Source of the DNA: Octopus sinensis
Lineage: Eukaryota
Assembly: GCF_006345805.1 (NCBI RefSeq)
Contig: NC_043005.1
Coordinates: 11,966,001 to 12,030,000, forward strand
Direction: 5' to 3'
DNA length: 64,000 nucleotides
Part shown: positions 14,352 to 30,897 of the stretch, one piece after another
Numbering within the stretch: the first letter of the stretch is position 1
How the letters are laid out: each line of letters starts with the position of its first letter
Notes under the pieces: generated by a model
What the model saw: only the letters and a program-made list of their open reading frames with translations
Told to the model about the DNA's origin: nothing
Database searches by the model: none
Program-made: the position numbers and the translations under genes

Positions 14352-14729
14352 AAATAAATGGAGTTGAACGAAGATGTTATTAAAATTCTTTTACTTTCGA
14401 CGTATGTTTCGAAGACAACATGGTATTATTCCAAAGGAATAAACGGTATAAAATGCGATCTTCTCATCAAGAAAGAAAGAGAGCCTATCTCAACAACAAG
14501 ACATTATAACAATTACGATGACTGCCCAAACATCGACACACCTAACTGTATTACCTAGGTAGTCATCGTAATTGTAATAATGTCTAGTTGTTGAGATAGG
14601 CTCTCTTTCTTTCCTGATGAGAAGATTGCATTTTACACCATTTATTCCTTTGGAATAATACCATGTTGTCTTCGAAACATATGTCGATAGTAAAAGAATT
14701 TTAATAACATCGTTCAACTCCATTTATTT
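14352..14729. mobile_element. Palindromic element: two ~170-bp inverted arms, each with a type-I hammerhead
   Basis: Arms 14352-14526 and 14558-14729; + strand HHR 14609-14690, - strand HHR 14394-14475. Confidence 0.8.
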
Positions 14730-16072
14730 GCTTTATATATATATATATGTGTGTATACACACACACACACACACACACACATATAGATATATATATATAC
14801 ATGAAAAGGATATGTTATAACATTATTCTACATATACACAACACCCATACCAACAATCCAACATACCTCCATCGTCAGCTGCCTTACGGATATCATTATA
14901 GTTTCGACACCTGGGCAGTACCATTCAATCCGGCGGTGTTAGCAGCACTAAAATAAGTATTGTCCGTATTAAAATCCACGAGGATATTAAAATATGTGGA
15001 TGGTGAATGTATAGCAATAATCCAAATAAATGAGAAAGTTGGTATAAGATGATTTTAAAAGGTAACTTGAACAGGTGCAAATCTGACGGCCGTTTCGAGA
15101 AGATATAGTTTGGTATAGGTGAGTTAATTCCAACCATAACAATCATCTATATTTCTATCATCAGAGTTAATCTAAAGGGTTTATAAAAGAGTTATTTAAA
15201 TCTTAGTTTTAAGCAACATTACAAATTTAAGATTTTAAAAATCAAATGCTGTGTCAGAGCATACTTTATTTTAAATCGAAGCCAAATATATGAAGGGTAA
15301 CTAGGTTAAAATTATATACACTAATTATTTTTGGAAAGAAATTTAAAAGTTGATAAATATTTATATGTACAAAAAAAGTGACATCCAAGATTTTGTAAAG
15401 TAAAATTTTTCGTCAGCACAGAACATCTAGATCGCTTCTTTTGTGCATAATTGCAGTTTCTGGTGTGTGTATTTATGTTGTGGTTTATAAAAGACCAATC
15501 TACACTGAATTCCTTATTGCCAATTTTTTATTTATTAATGTGGGTAAGTAGCCAAGTTGAATTTTTTGGTTCTAGTTTAAAAAATGAACTCGTGTGCACG
15601 CTGTATCTAGTCTTAAGATCAGTCGTACTTCCTATGTAAATCTTTTTTGATTCACTAAGGGTTAAAACCTCAATTTTATATGACATTTCTCCTTAAATAG
15701 AATCTCTTTAAGGGATATAATATCTGGTTACGGCAATTACATATTTTATTTCCATGCTTCACCTTTATATTTTAAATATCAGGAATCTTGTTATTTTCTT
15801 CGCTCATCTCTATCAATCCTATTATTTCTAAGTTGAAATCTATTGTTGGCAGCGATTATAGGTCCTAGGTTGGGCGTGGTTGAGTAGGATAATTTAAGGC
15901 AGGACCTATTAAAGATTGAATGGTATTCATGGCCGAAAGGGAAATTCCTGTCAATAATCCTAAAAAATGATTTAGAGAGGCTTCTGACTTGGAGGGAAAA
16001 GGGGGGGGGGTGAACCAGATAGTTACCCTCCTTACTCTGCCCAGTATAGTTATTATTATTATATTATTATTA

Positions 16073-16115
<43 letters not shown>

Positions 16116-16269
16116 GCTGTTGTTGTTGTTTTAATGAAATGAATTATTGTATTTTCTTTTATGGTGTCGGTTCTTACGCTCGGAGGGTGTGGGGTCATGG
16201 GAGGCGTGTCGATGTTTAATTTCGCAATATTTGGAAAACGTTCACTTTATTTTTAAATATTGTTCTCTT

Positions 16270-16755
16270 AATATAATATATTATTGACGCTACTGTCCTT
16301 CAATGCTGTATTATAAAATGGTGCAAAATTATAAAAAATCTTTTCGTTTGGAGATAAGTTAGAGATTGTTATCGGCACACCTTTGACTACCCCATTAATA
16401 ACACTTTGGGCATGCTTTGATAAGGCGTAGATATACTTAATAGCTTTATTAGGCTTATGGTAGGGGTAAAAATAAGCCATTATCTAAATTTAATGTTATG
16501 TCCAAAACGTTAATACATTTAGCGACATTTTCAAATATAATATCTAAGGTATATGACTTTAAAAAAAATATTAATCGTTTCTTTACCTTATCAGTTGCTT
16601 GTGCAGAGGAGCTGGAAATAGCGAATAATGCATCGTCTCTATACAAACCTCCGCTGATACTTTTTGAAAGAAGTAAGAATAGACCGACAATAACAGTGAC
16701 TTTGGAAGAGTCCGAGCTTCCCCAATGTAATATTAAAGTCATCTTGAAGGTCATA
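16270..16755 (-). mobile_element. Penelope-like element RT C-terminal fragment (pseudogenised)
   Basis: GLYRDDAL...KVKKRL...INVLDITLNLDNG then PYHKPNKAIKYIYALSKH..FAPFYNTALKDS; typical PLE YRDD RT and thumb region. Confidence 0.85.
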
Positions 16756-16786
16756 TCCGGTCCAGGTCCTATTTCTTATATATGTG

Positions 16787-16817
<31 letters not shown>

Positions 16818-16844
16818 CTATATATATATATATAATATATATAT

Positions 16845-17010
16845 AGTAGTTAATCCAGCATGGAAAACACAAAGAGAAAACACAACAACGCGAGGACGTG
16901 GAACAAATATAGTATTATTGGACGCTCAGGAAAGAAGGAGGGTTTAACGTTTCGAGCGGAGCTCTTGGTCGAAAACAGGAGAAGGACAGATCCAGAGAAG
17001 GGAAGACAAT
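16845..17010 (-). mobile_element. Minimal-hammerhead repeat family, copy 1 (core degraded)
   Basis: Homologous to 46445-46640 and 51165-51320; motif at 16942-16976 retains GAGC(UCC)GCUC-GAAA-CG-UU-AAAC. Confidence 0.6.
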
Positions 17011-17684
17011 GTACGTTTATCTAAACCAACTTCGCTCTTCGGTTCCCTTAACTCTCAACTCTCAAAGAACGAGAATTTCAAGATTTATTGAAACAGAGCA
17101 TCACTTGCAAAGGAAATCATAGATGGATGGCATAGAATCAGAGAAGTAAGACGATCTCTCTATTTATTTTCTTTCTATCTATCGGTTTGTCTGTCTATTA
17201 TATTATATATATATATATATTATATATATATATATATATATTTAAATATAATATATGTATTTAACGTGACGTGACCATAAGAAAAACCGTACTTATAACT
17301 CAATTTGACAATTATGAACTACGAAGTACATGCAGGCAATATATTTAGAATATAGTGAATACCAATACGCAAATTGATTCTTCTCAATCGTATACCTCTA
17401 ATCGATATACATTTATATACACACACAAATTTATATATATACATACATACATGCATATATATAATATAATATATATATATAATATATATAAATGCAATAT
17501 TGAAAATTATATATATGACAGTGATACGCAACACATATGATATATGTAATTATATATGTATACTTGAATCTCTCCCTCTCTCTCTCCTCTTTTCTCTCTC
17601 TCCCTCTTTCTCTCTCTCCCTCTCTCTCTCTTTCTCTCTCATACACAGACAAACAGAAACACAAACACACACACACACACGCAC

Positions 17685-17715
<31 letters not shown>

Positions 17716-17960
17716 AAGGCAATATATATAAGGTATACTCGTTAGGAACGTGGTAGATTACACTACAGAGCTCGTCAACCTTCAGAATTGCCCAATGCCA
17801 TCGGGTTGTATTAGTATTATTAATTTCAAGTTTAAGGTTGGGTATTCGTCGTGGGTGAATATAAACTTGCAGAAATCTGAATTCCCACAAATAGTGGTGG
17901 GGTTCTATAAAGGGACGATGCACTTTTCCTAATCAAAAACTGTACTGAAATAGAAACAGA

Positions 17961-17998
<38 letters not shown>

Positions 17999-18059
17999 TA
18001 TATAATATATCTTATATATATATATATATTATATATATATAAACAGTATGAATTATTTA

Positions 18060-18535
18060 GAAATTTCGGCCCCTTCTAAACCATAGAATGTAATTACCGT
18101 AAGCTAAAGTTCCTGTATGCGACCTTTATCTTAGAAACCTGCATGTACGAACCATACCACAAACCAAATGAGTGCCTAAGATATATAAACGTAAAATCCA
18201 ATCATCCAATATGCATAACTAAAGGAATAGTTAGGAACATAGCCACCAGAATATCACCACTATCAGTCACAGAGGAAATATTCAACACACATACACCATA
18301 CTACAATGAAGCATTAGCTAGGGTCAAGTTCGCACCTGAAGAAACCCCAAATAGCACAAACATGCATGCACCTGAGGTAGAATGCACACAACACACGAAA
18401 GTCAGCAACAAACGCATAGCAATGAAAATGCAAAAACCTGAAAAACAACGGGTTATGTATATTTCCTCGTATAAATATTCACAAATATATAGGCACCAAA
18501 TTTCGTAGACCACATCAACACGTGCTCCCTATAGT
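18060..18535 (+). mobile_element. Penelope-like element RT thumb/linker fragment
   Basis: YEPYHKPNECLRYINVKSNHPICITKGIVRNIATRISPLS..YYNEALA, then a frameshifted IGTKF; same family of motifs as 16270-16755. Confidence 0.85.
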
Positions 18536-20174
18536 TGACTACTATTTGTGCTATTATATATATAATATATATATATATATACATACACACATACATATGT
18601 GTGTGTGTTTATACACACACACACACACACATATATGCAGACATTTATAGATATGTTTATGCATTAGCTTATGTTAAAACCATATAATTCACACAAGTCA
18701 AACCTGTCGATTACTACTTTATGTATTTGTTTGTAATTTCTTGCGTGTATATGCGTTCGTATGTGTATGTGTATATGTGTGTAGGTATCTGTGTGCTTCT
18801 TTGTGAGTATCGTCATGATATCTCATCATTTATTAATCTGATGAAATTTTGTCATTACCACTCTAAATATAATTATTCTATAATACCCTCTTACTATCTT
18901 GCTAAAACTCAAATGAAATAAATGCATATTTTAAAAATATGTGTCATTAAATAATATCTGTTTAGAAACATTTAGTTTGTCCAAGATGACACAAGAATAA
19001 TCTTATTTGTCTTTTTTTTAGATATCAATTGCCTTGATAAATAATATCTTAAGATTCAAAGGCCTCTGTATTCTTTTTAATTGCCTATTTGTATATAATT
19101 ATCTTCACCGATCATAAAGTGGAATGTTTCATAATCATATTTACATAACTAATAATATCATTAAATAGAAAATGATATAGTCTATTTGTCCTAAACTCCA
19201 TTAAATATTTTAAACGTATCATTAGATTATACCATTACAAAAATGTATTGAATTAATCCGAAAACCCGAGTGAATTATTGATGATATACATATTTTTACT
19301 CAGCAAATATTATTGGGAAATCGACTGAAAATTGTTCGCAAGCAATAAAATCTTCGCAATTAATTTGCAGTAATATATCCTGTAATGTCCTTTCGGCAGT
19401 ATAAAAATGGATTTGTATATCACACTTATTTTATATATTTCTTACCACAAATCTCATTCCTGTATTATATTTTTGCTGTAAGTTGCAAATCAATCACCCC
19501 GCTGCCTGGCACTAATGAGTCGTGAACCGTAATAAAAGCCATTACAAGTATTTTCTCGAAGTCTCCCTCCATTCTTTTATGCTAGTCTTTGGGAGTCCTG
19601 CAACAAGGTAGTCTGCGATTCATTTCCTTCTCTGCCTATACCACAAAACAGTAATTGTTTTAAATTTCCGGACAAGGTTAGCATTTTTGAGAAGACAGGT
19701 GTGTTATTTTATCAACTTCGAAGGGATAAAAATAAAGCTTTTCTCGTCAGGATTTCAATTCAAATCGTAAGGAACCGGAGGAAATAATATTGGGAAATTT
19801 GTCCGTCGCACTATCAATTACATCATCTTTATTTGAACAGTATAAGGTCTTGAAAATGTGTCACATACGTATGACTATAGGAGAATAATAAAAATAGTTT
19901 AACAATGCATGCAGAATCGAAAATATATACTTATTCATATATGCGTTAGCTGTTGTTCTTCCTTAACCCAAGACAACTCTTGTCGAACTAACTCATCGTC
20001 AATTATTTTCTATTTACGAAGGCCTCCAACATTTATTTAGGACGGCAATTTCAATTGTGTTCTTACCGTTGAGACAATAAGGTGATTCGAGGAAGATCTG
20101 ATTGCAACATTTAAGCCGACTAGTCAACCAATACAATTTTGGTTTCATAAATAATAATCAAATTTAAGAAGTCT

Positions 20175-20360
20175 AAGGCGGCAAGCTGGCAGAATCGTTA
20201 CTACACTGGTAAAATGCTTCGTTGTATTTCTTCCGACCTTACGTTCTAAGTTCAAATCCCACCAGGTTCGATTTTGCTTTTCAGATCGATAAAATAGGCA
20301 GCATTTGAGCATTGGAGTGGATGTGACCAATATTACTGACCTTGTACTAAAATTTGAAAC
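20175..20360 (+). mobile_element. Diverged SINE family A-type copy
   Basis: AAGGCGGCAAGCTGGCAGAATCGTTA head and AAGTTCAAATCC B-box. Confidence 0.7.
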
Positions 20361-20816
20361 CAATATTTCGGAAGAAAACCCACCTCGTAGAGATTCCTTC
20401 GTTTACTTGATTGTATTAAAAATCTCGTGATATACTGAATAGGTGTCAGTGAAATGTGAATCATGCGTGTAATACAGAATAATAGTTCATTAAATATTGG
20501 GCAGATATGAACTGCGTCACAAGGAGCTGAGCCGCATATTTGACACCAGACAATAAGATTTTTATTTGTAATTCACCATTTCCAAAAATTTGGTCAAAAT
20601 CATTTACTTTCTCTTTTGTTTCAGTGTAAAGTAATTATTAAATATCTCCAATTTACAATACTGTAGTATATATATATATATAGGGAGAGTTTTACGAAAA
20701 AAACAAAAGGCGATGACAGGCGGTGTACAAAACAAACAGATGTATTAGTATAAATATATATATATATATATATGGAAAGAGAGGCAGGGAATCAGACAGA
20801 AAGATAGATCGATAAA

Positions 20817-20915
20817 CATGGCTGTGTGGTAAGAGGCTTGCTTACCAGCCACATGATTCTGGGTTCAGTCCCACGGCGTGGCACCTTGGGCAAGTGTCTT
20901 CTACTATAGCCCGTC

Positions 20916-20967
<52 letters not shown>

Positions 20968-21180
20968 GTGTATATGCTTGTGTGTCTATGTTTATCCGCC
21001 CAAAATCACTTGACAACCGATGTTGGTGTGTTTACGTCCTCGTAATCTAGCGGATCGGCAAGTGAAACCAATAGAATAAGTACTAGGCTTACAAAGAATA
21101 AGTCCGGGGGTGGATTTGCTCGACTAAAGGCGGTGCTCGAGCATGTCGCCAGCTAAATGACTGAAACAAGTAAAAGAGAG
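20817..21180 (+). mobile_element. SINE family B
   Basis: TGGCTGTGTGGT A-box, GGTTCAGTCCC B-box, CCTTGGGCAAGTGTCTT, internal (TA)n, tail ACTGAAACAAGTAAAAGAG. Confidence 0.9.
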
Positions 21181-21198
21181 TATATATATATATATATA

Positions 21199-21234
<36 letters not shown>

Positions 21235-21299
21235 TTATAGATAGATATATAGATAGATAGGCAGACAGCCAGACACATAGATGGATAAGCATATATATA

Positions 21300-21326
21300 T
21301 AGAGAGAGAGATAGATAGATAGATAT

Positions 21327-21421
<95 letters not shown>

Positions 21422-21425
21422 TAGT
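21300..21425. repeat. (GATA)n microsatellite
   Basis: Directly visible. Confidence 0.95.
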
Positions 21426-22230
21426 AAATAACTTTTTAAATTTACAAAAAATCTATTAGTAATTTGCAATTGATAAAGACATGCTGTTATAGTAAAACTC
21501 TAAATGAATTATGTACCATTATTCAAAGGACGCCTGCCATTTACGCAATTTACAGGGCATGACAGTATGGTACAATAGACATGTCACTATGTTAGCTCAA
21601 ACATGAATTACCACTATTGACATTTAACATTTCATATTCTCCACTTGTAAGATCTTTATCGCTGACTAACGCATATTAGTAACAAATGTAATTTTTTTTA
21701 TCGGTTTATTTAACAACCTGAAATTGTTTAACATATATTTCCTGAACCATTTATATCTGCTTATCAGTCTAGACAATAAAAAACAGTTCAATTCCATTTC
21801 ATTGCTTCTTTTCTTTTTTACTTACAACAAGAGTGTTCTTTCTCTCACATAATATTGTAATTTTAAGCTGAAATTAATTTGAAATTCTGTACTATATTTC
21901 TAGTTTAATATTTACAACTAGGAAGTAACAGAAATCCCTAAAGAATTTAAATTAATCATTCCCCCATATATAACGTGGGATATATTGCGCTCTTTATTCA
22001 CGAATAATTGATAGATTTATAAAAGCTAGTTTCACTACATTGTCACCCATCCATACATACTTCCGTCCATCCATCCATCCATCCATCCATCCATCCATCA
22101 TCCATCCATCCATACATACATACATACATGCCCGCAGGTGTATCTTGATCAGTATCAATGTTGATGAGTGTCTTCGTATGTGTGTTTACATGTATGTATT
22201 TATATGTATGTATATATGGATGTGTGTATT

Positions 22231-22509
22231 CTTTTATTTATTTCAGTCATTTGACTGCGGCCATGCTGTTGCACGACCTTTAGTCGAGCAAATCGACCCC
22301 AGCACTTATTCTATCGGACTCTTTTGCCGAACCGCTAAGTTACGGGATCGTTAACACACCAACAACGGTTGTAAAGAGATGGTGGTAGGGAACAAACACA
22401 GACACGCAAACATATACATATATACTCACAAGGCCTTTGTCGGCCCGAGGCTATAGTAGAAGACAGTGGGATTGAACCCGAAACCATGTGGTTGGTAAGT
22501 AAGCTACTT
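22231..22509 (-). mobile_element. SINE family B, internally deleted
   Basis: Reverse complement of family B head and tail. Confidence 0.85.
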
Positions 22510-22684
22510 TATTTCAGTAAATTTCGCCATGAAGGCGTTAGAAAGAGAAGACAAACAAGGTGATACAAACATAGTGTGAAGTAGCTTCTAATACGAATAA
22601 AAATTCAATGTTCGGTGAATGAAAATTTAAAGATCTATATATGTATATATATTTGTACAATAATTATTATACTAGTAATATTTT

Positions 22685-23787
22685 TTACAGGAAGGAAAGG
22701 AACCCAGCCATCCGGGTAGAACCATTACTCTTATCAACGACCCCACCTACCTCGTGTCAGTCAATCTTAGCTGGCTCGCCACAGGCATCCATCTTTTCAC
22801 AAATATATCCCGTGACAGACTGATCTTCACGTGACAGATCTTACTACTGAGGTGGTAACTAAAGAAGTTGATCAACCCCTGGCCAGAGACAAAGGTACCT
22901 GTCACTATGCCTATCACACGCGTCTTCCATACCCTTTAGCGGTTTATGTCAGCAGACAGAGCGCTTCACAAGAGACATTGCACTCTTCCACAAAAAAGCG
23001 GAAAAGGATTCTCTCCAACTTGTTCAGCCACAAATCACGGCAAGGCACCACAGCCAAACGGTAGGTGATTACTGATGCTATAAACATCTGTACAACTTCC
23101 ACCCTCCTTAGTAAGGATAACGCCCACCCCGACAAAGTCTGGGTTAGAGCAGTCACATTGCTGGCCACCTCACTCCAATTTTTCTCTATCTGGAGGCCTG
23201 GACCAATCCAAACTCCGGGCAGCTTAATAGGACCTTCTGTCCAATGCCCCACGACATTATTGGACGGCATCTACTTGCCCCTCTAAGTGCCGAGTTGCAA
23301 ACCGACCGACTTGTCCTTGTTAACCTTTGCTCCTGACACCGTTTGATGGCCTTTTCCACCACTGGAAGCTGGCCCTCATTCGCCACGATGATGGAGATGT
23401 CATCCGCGTGCACCGTAGCTCCTCTTCCACACCATAGATCATGTGGCGCATCCCACAGCGCTTCCGACTTCCGCAGCAATGGCTCAAGTACATACAAAAG
23501 TAGAGATAGGGGACACCTCTGACACACTGATCACTCGATCCTGAATGGCTTCGAAAAGAAACCATTCGCTTTCACGACAGACTCGATGTCGCTGTACAAT
23601 GCGGCAAATCGGGCTCAAGCCAGCCTTCTTGAGGACCGCCGCTAAGTACCGATTGTCGACCATAATAAATGCTTTAGACTGGTCTAAATATACCAGAGAC
23701 CCCTGCGCAGAAAGTTTCCTCACCCTCTCTAAGGAGTAGCGCACGAGGTGGAGATTGTCGTGGATCGACGTGCCCGGGATGGTGCAC
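22685..23787 (-). mobile_element. L1/Tx1-clade LINE RT and C-terminal fragment, frameshifted
   Basis: [55 protein letters not shown] (YADD-like), IKLPGVWIGP..LSLLRRVEV; truncated at a (TA)n tract at ~23788. Confidence 0.9.
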
Positions 23788-23839
23788 GTATATATATATA
23801 TATATAAACGTCTACACACACACACGTACATACATATGC

Positions 23840-23916
<77 letters not shown>

Positions 23917-24099
23917 ACAATCAAGGAACGGCCATAATAGGCCATTCACCCACTAGAAATAACAGCCAAAGCTTCAACCGCAAATAAAAATCAATTCCGT
24001 AAACAGGAGAAAATTTAAAAAACATTTACCCTGTAATTTCTTATACGATGCACCGTTTCATCTGCTGTTTAATGGTAAACTAATTGATTAAATATTGAT

Positions 24100-24176
<77 letters not shown>

Positions 24177-24601
24177 CTAATCCTTCCTGTGCACACGATC
24201 TGGAATGTAACCTTACTACTGAACTTGTTTTTATTGTATCGACCCGGAAAGTCTAGGCAGAGTTTGAAGTCAAATGCAGAAAAGCACGAAATACGGATTT
24301 TTTCCGACATGCTAACGATTCTGACAGCTCACATTCATATAATACACAGTAGGAAAGACAAATTTATACTTGAAAATACGTATACTTTTGACTGTGAACA
24401 AATTTGAATATCTTTTATTATCAGAAATTGTGGCATATGTCGTTGGTGGTTGCCTTCGTCTTTCTCAGAGGATGTATAGCTCTCAGCCGTTGTCTACAAA
24501 GAGAACTGAATAGTAAATGACATTTAAATCAAACACAAGCTATAGCGAAAATGACAATCTAGAACTTGAGTGACTCAAATGGAAATATAATTTTAATATA
24601 T

Positions 24602-24834
24602 ATTTCTTTATTGCCCACAAGGGGCTAAACATAGAGGGGACAGACAAGGACAGACAAACGGATTAAGCCGATTACATCGACCCCAGTGCGTAATTGGTAC
24701 TTAATTTATCGACCCCCGAAAGGATGAAAGGCAAAGTCGACCTCGGCTGAATTTGAACTCAGAACGTAACGGCGGACGAAATACGGCTACGCATTTCGCC
24801 CGGCCTGCTAACGTTTCTGCCAGCTCGCCGCCTT
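24602..24834 (-). mobile_element. Near-intact SINE family A with target-site duplication
   Basis: TAATTTTAATATAT at 24588-24601 and 24838-24851 flanks a full-length copy. Confidence 0.9.
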
Positions 24835-25689
24835 ACGTAATTTTAATATATTTTTCTTGACGACGGAATGATTTAATATCTAATATAATCTTTTATACCC
24901 ATAAACGTTTATGAAACCATCGTAGAGGAAAACGTGCAGATTAACCCATACGTTTCTGTGTGCAAAGACAATAATAGAATGTATATACATTTGTTTCTAT
25001 TCTACAGTATATAATTCATGAATTCTTGATCAACAGCAATTAATTTAACTCAGGTAAATGTAAGAAGTATTTCTCTCTTGCAAATCTATGGGATTATGGT
25101 GTTCAAATAAATTGGGGGCTATTTTTACAAGAGGAACTAATTAATTAGAGGTTTCTTTCTACGATTGTCTACATCCAGATTTTAGTATGACTAACAGGAG
25201 CCATTCCAACGTCCCAACGTTTCAACGTACACGTTGTAATTTCATTGGTCTTCATTTACTTCCATGATTCCCATTAATAATTTGGCTTAGTTTACTCAAT
25301 CCGTAGAAGATAAAACAATTCGAGAAGCATAGGATACCAAGATAACACATCGACAGTCATGATACGGATTCCAACACTAATTCAAAAATTCTGATCTCGT
25401 GATATTCACGTCTATAACTCAATTTGCACATTGCGATATCGCGATACACACAAAATAATGACATCGGAATGATTACCATCTATACATTAAATGAGTTCAT
25501 TTACTCTGTTAGTATATTTTAGTGAATTTCCAGGTCCACCAGAAGAATTTTGGTTACTCTGCAGGTCCACTTGTTAATAGCTGTATGCTTCATATTTTCG
25601 TTTCTTATTGAGTAGTGTGAGAAAATATTTTGCAGCGAAAGCTGAAATATAAACCCAACTGTGTGTGTATACTTGTAAACACTTCTCTT

Positions 25690-27850
<2,161 letters not shown>

Positions 27851-27858
27851 TCTCGCTA

Positions 27859-27899
<41 letters not shown>

Positions 27900-29531
27900 T
27901 GTTTGTGCATATACATATACAAACATATATTGATTCATATACGTATATAGATATCCAATATTTTCTGTCTATATTTATATAGATTATGCATATACATAGC
28001 ATATATTTTAAAAATATATGTTATACATTTCTATATAAACAATATATGAATGTGTGTGTGTGTATGTATGTGAGTGTGTATGCATGTAGCAACGTATATT
28101 ATATATGAATACATCTATATATTTACATATTAAATATATGAAAAATGCGTTTTGTATAAATTTCGTGGTGACTCTGTTATATAACTGGAAAAGTTGGGGA
28201 AGATGTGTGAGATAACTAATATACCAGAGTATATAAGATAAGGGAGGAAACGATTAAGCAACATTATTTCAAACAGATTAAATTTATCGTGTTGAAATGA
28301 TGTCAAAGAAAGCGAGAAAGAACTAAACGTAAAGAAATTAACAAAGAAAGTATGAGAAGAGAAAGAAACTAAAAATAATTATATAAAATTAATCTAATAC
28401 GACCAATAGAAAATTCATACAATATATAAAAGGCTGACGTAAAATATTGAAAAGAATTGCATTTTCAAAAGACAAGCGAATAAAAATCTTTGCAAAGCAA
28501 TTAGCGATTAACGAATAAAAAAATGGAAGTGACTTGCAAGATAAGATTTTAAAAGGAAAAGAAAAACTCACGGAAAGCGTAATTCGTTTTCATAGAATTT
28601 AATAATTTTACAGTGTATTGTTATAGCTTTATTTAAAAGAAAAGAAGAAATGAAATAATAATCTTTAGAAAAATAATGAATTTAAATTTCAAATGATATA
28701 GAACACGATTAGGAAATTTGTAGAATATTGTTAAAGAAGTTATGCGGCTAAGAGAGTTTTAGTAGTATATCTTGATTTTGTAACGTCAATCTATACAGCC
28801 TTAACACCATATGATCTAGCTTGCAGATGATTAGCTGATTTAATAGAAATACTAACCAAATACCCCCAATCCAATCTGAACTGCATTCGGAAAAAAAATT
28901 AGCACTTGTACTATATGGTAGTTGTTTGCTGTGTTTATGAAAAGTGGAATCCCACCTCTGGTATTCCTTTCTATCTAAGCCTGTTCAGTCCAGGATTTTT
29001 GTAATATATAGAGTTAAATACAGAAACAGGATCGGAAGAAAGGAGTGTAGGTTTATTTTTTGGAGACGATTAATTAACAGGTGAATAGATTTATGAGTTT
29101 GTTAAGTTTACTTACTTTGAGGAATGGAAAATATACATGTTGGTCTCTTGATCATTGTCTGAATGAAATGAAATAATAAGAAAAAAAACTAATAAAAATA
29201 CAGAAATAGCAGCTAGAAGTGATGGGTAACGTAAAAGAGTAATAAAGAGGAATGAAGATGGAACGGAAAGTAAGAAGTAGTATATGGTGTGAAAGAAAGA
29301 AAGAAAGAGGGGAGACAAAACCAGTCAGAAGTCGCCCCTCAGTGAACGAAGAGGTTGTGGTGGTCACTGAAAGAAATAATTTCACAAGCCCGAATTTGCA
29401 GCTATGCTGAGACCGACAAATTCCGGTTTAAATAAAACTTGAGGGGAAAAGTAGAAATATAGAAAGCACAAGTACAAATGAAGTACTGGATGCCTTTACA
29501 CACACACAGTGGTACAGATATAAACCATATG

Positions 29532-29844
29532 ATGGAGGCACATGGCCTAGTGGTTCGAGCAGCGACTCGCGGTGGAAGGATCACGGGTTCGAATCTCAGA
29601 CCGGGCGATGTGTGTGTTTATGAGCGAAACACCTAAGCTCCACGCGGCCCTGGCAGAAGGTAATGGAGAAACCTCTGCTGACTCTTTCACCACAACTTTT
29701 TCTCACTCTTTCCTCCTGCATCTTGCAGCTCACCTACGACGCACCGGCGTCCAGTCCAGGTGGGGAACCTATACGCCAAAGAAACCGGGAAACCGGCCTT
29801 TATGAGCCAGGCATGGCTCGTGAAGGAACAAACAAACAAACAAA
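29532..29844 (+). mobile_element. tRNA-derived SINE family C with (AAAC)n tail and 14-bp TSD
   Basis: A-box TGGCCTAGTGG, B-box GGTTCGAATC; ATATAAACCATATG at 29518-29531 and 29845-29858; central GTCCAGGTGGGG..AGAAACCGGG resembles V/Meta-type SINE domains (domain name uncertain). Confidence 0.9.
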
Positions 29845-29996
29845 ATATAAACCATATGCAAACATTGATATGCGAATAGGGTTAGATAAGAAAAGCAGCT
29901 GGGAGGGTGTTCCCATCCAGAATTCAAGAAAACCTTAATTTTGAATGACCAAAGAATGCAAATAATGTACATGGGCGGGAAGATATGTATGCATGC

Positions 29997-30042
<46 letters not shown>

Positions 30043-30279
30043 GTATGTATGTATGTATGTATGTATGTATGGATGTGTGTGTGTGTGTGTATGTATGAAT
30101 AAACCCTAGTGGACACGTTCGTATAAAGAACATGCACTTCAGTATATATGTTCAATATAGAAATGTGTTTTTTAATGCCATTCTTCTTATTTGACTACTC
30201 AATGAATCTTCCTCTCACAGATATATATTAGCCGTACTGCATGAGCGTGTACGATATTACTACTGTAATCTTCATTGAC

Positions 30280-30897
30280 CCGGCAAGCTAGATGAAACCA
30301 TAACCTGTGGCCTATGTCAGGAGCATAACCAGCCCGCTTATGCGTAGCTTTTCCTTCTTTGGTCACTAAACTTTGCTTGCGAAGACCTGTTGAGGCAAGT
30401 GAAATCAGATCAAAATCAAAATCACTTCGATGACTGGTATCCGTGCTAGCGGGGTGCAAAGAGCACCATACGAGTGTGATCGTTGACAGAGCGGCTTTTC
30501 GAGTATGATCGTTACCAGCGTCACCTTACTGGTACTTATGCCTGTGCTAGTAGCGTGCCAAGAACACCATCCGAGCGTGATCGCTGCCAGAGCAGCCAAC
30601 CCGCTTCCGTACCCGTGGCACGTAAAAGGGCACCATTCGACGCTTCACTGGCACCTGTGCCGGTGGCACGTGTAAAAACATTCGAGCGAGGTCATTACCA
30701 GTACCGCCTGACTGGCCCCCGTGCAGGTGGCACGTAAAAAGCACCCACTACACTCTCGGAGTGGTTGGCGTTAGGAAGGGCATCCAGCTGTAGAAACACT
30801 GCCAGATCAAGACTGGAGCCTGGTGCAGCCATCTGGTTCGCCAGCCCTCAGTGAAAACCGTCCAACCCATGCTAGCTTGGAAAATGGACGTTAAATG

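Noticed and set aside
17750-17930. Possible PLE GIY-YIG C-terminal remnant on the minus strand
   Set aside because: There is only a vague resemblance (NP..C..FC..TLN); too degraded to call.
24425-24512. AG/GT-bounded segment encoding a signal-peptide-like MSLVVAFVFLRGCIALS
   Set aside because: I found no compatible downstream exon, and such segments arise by chance in 64 kb.
30280-30400. Possible HDV-like ribozyme (UUCCUUC loop, GCGAA) at the 5' end of the modular element
   Set aside because: I could not build P1, P1.1 and P2 consistently by hand.
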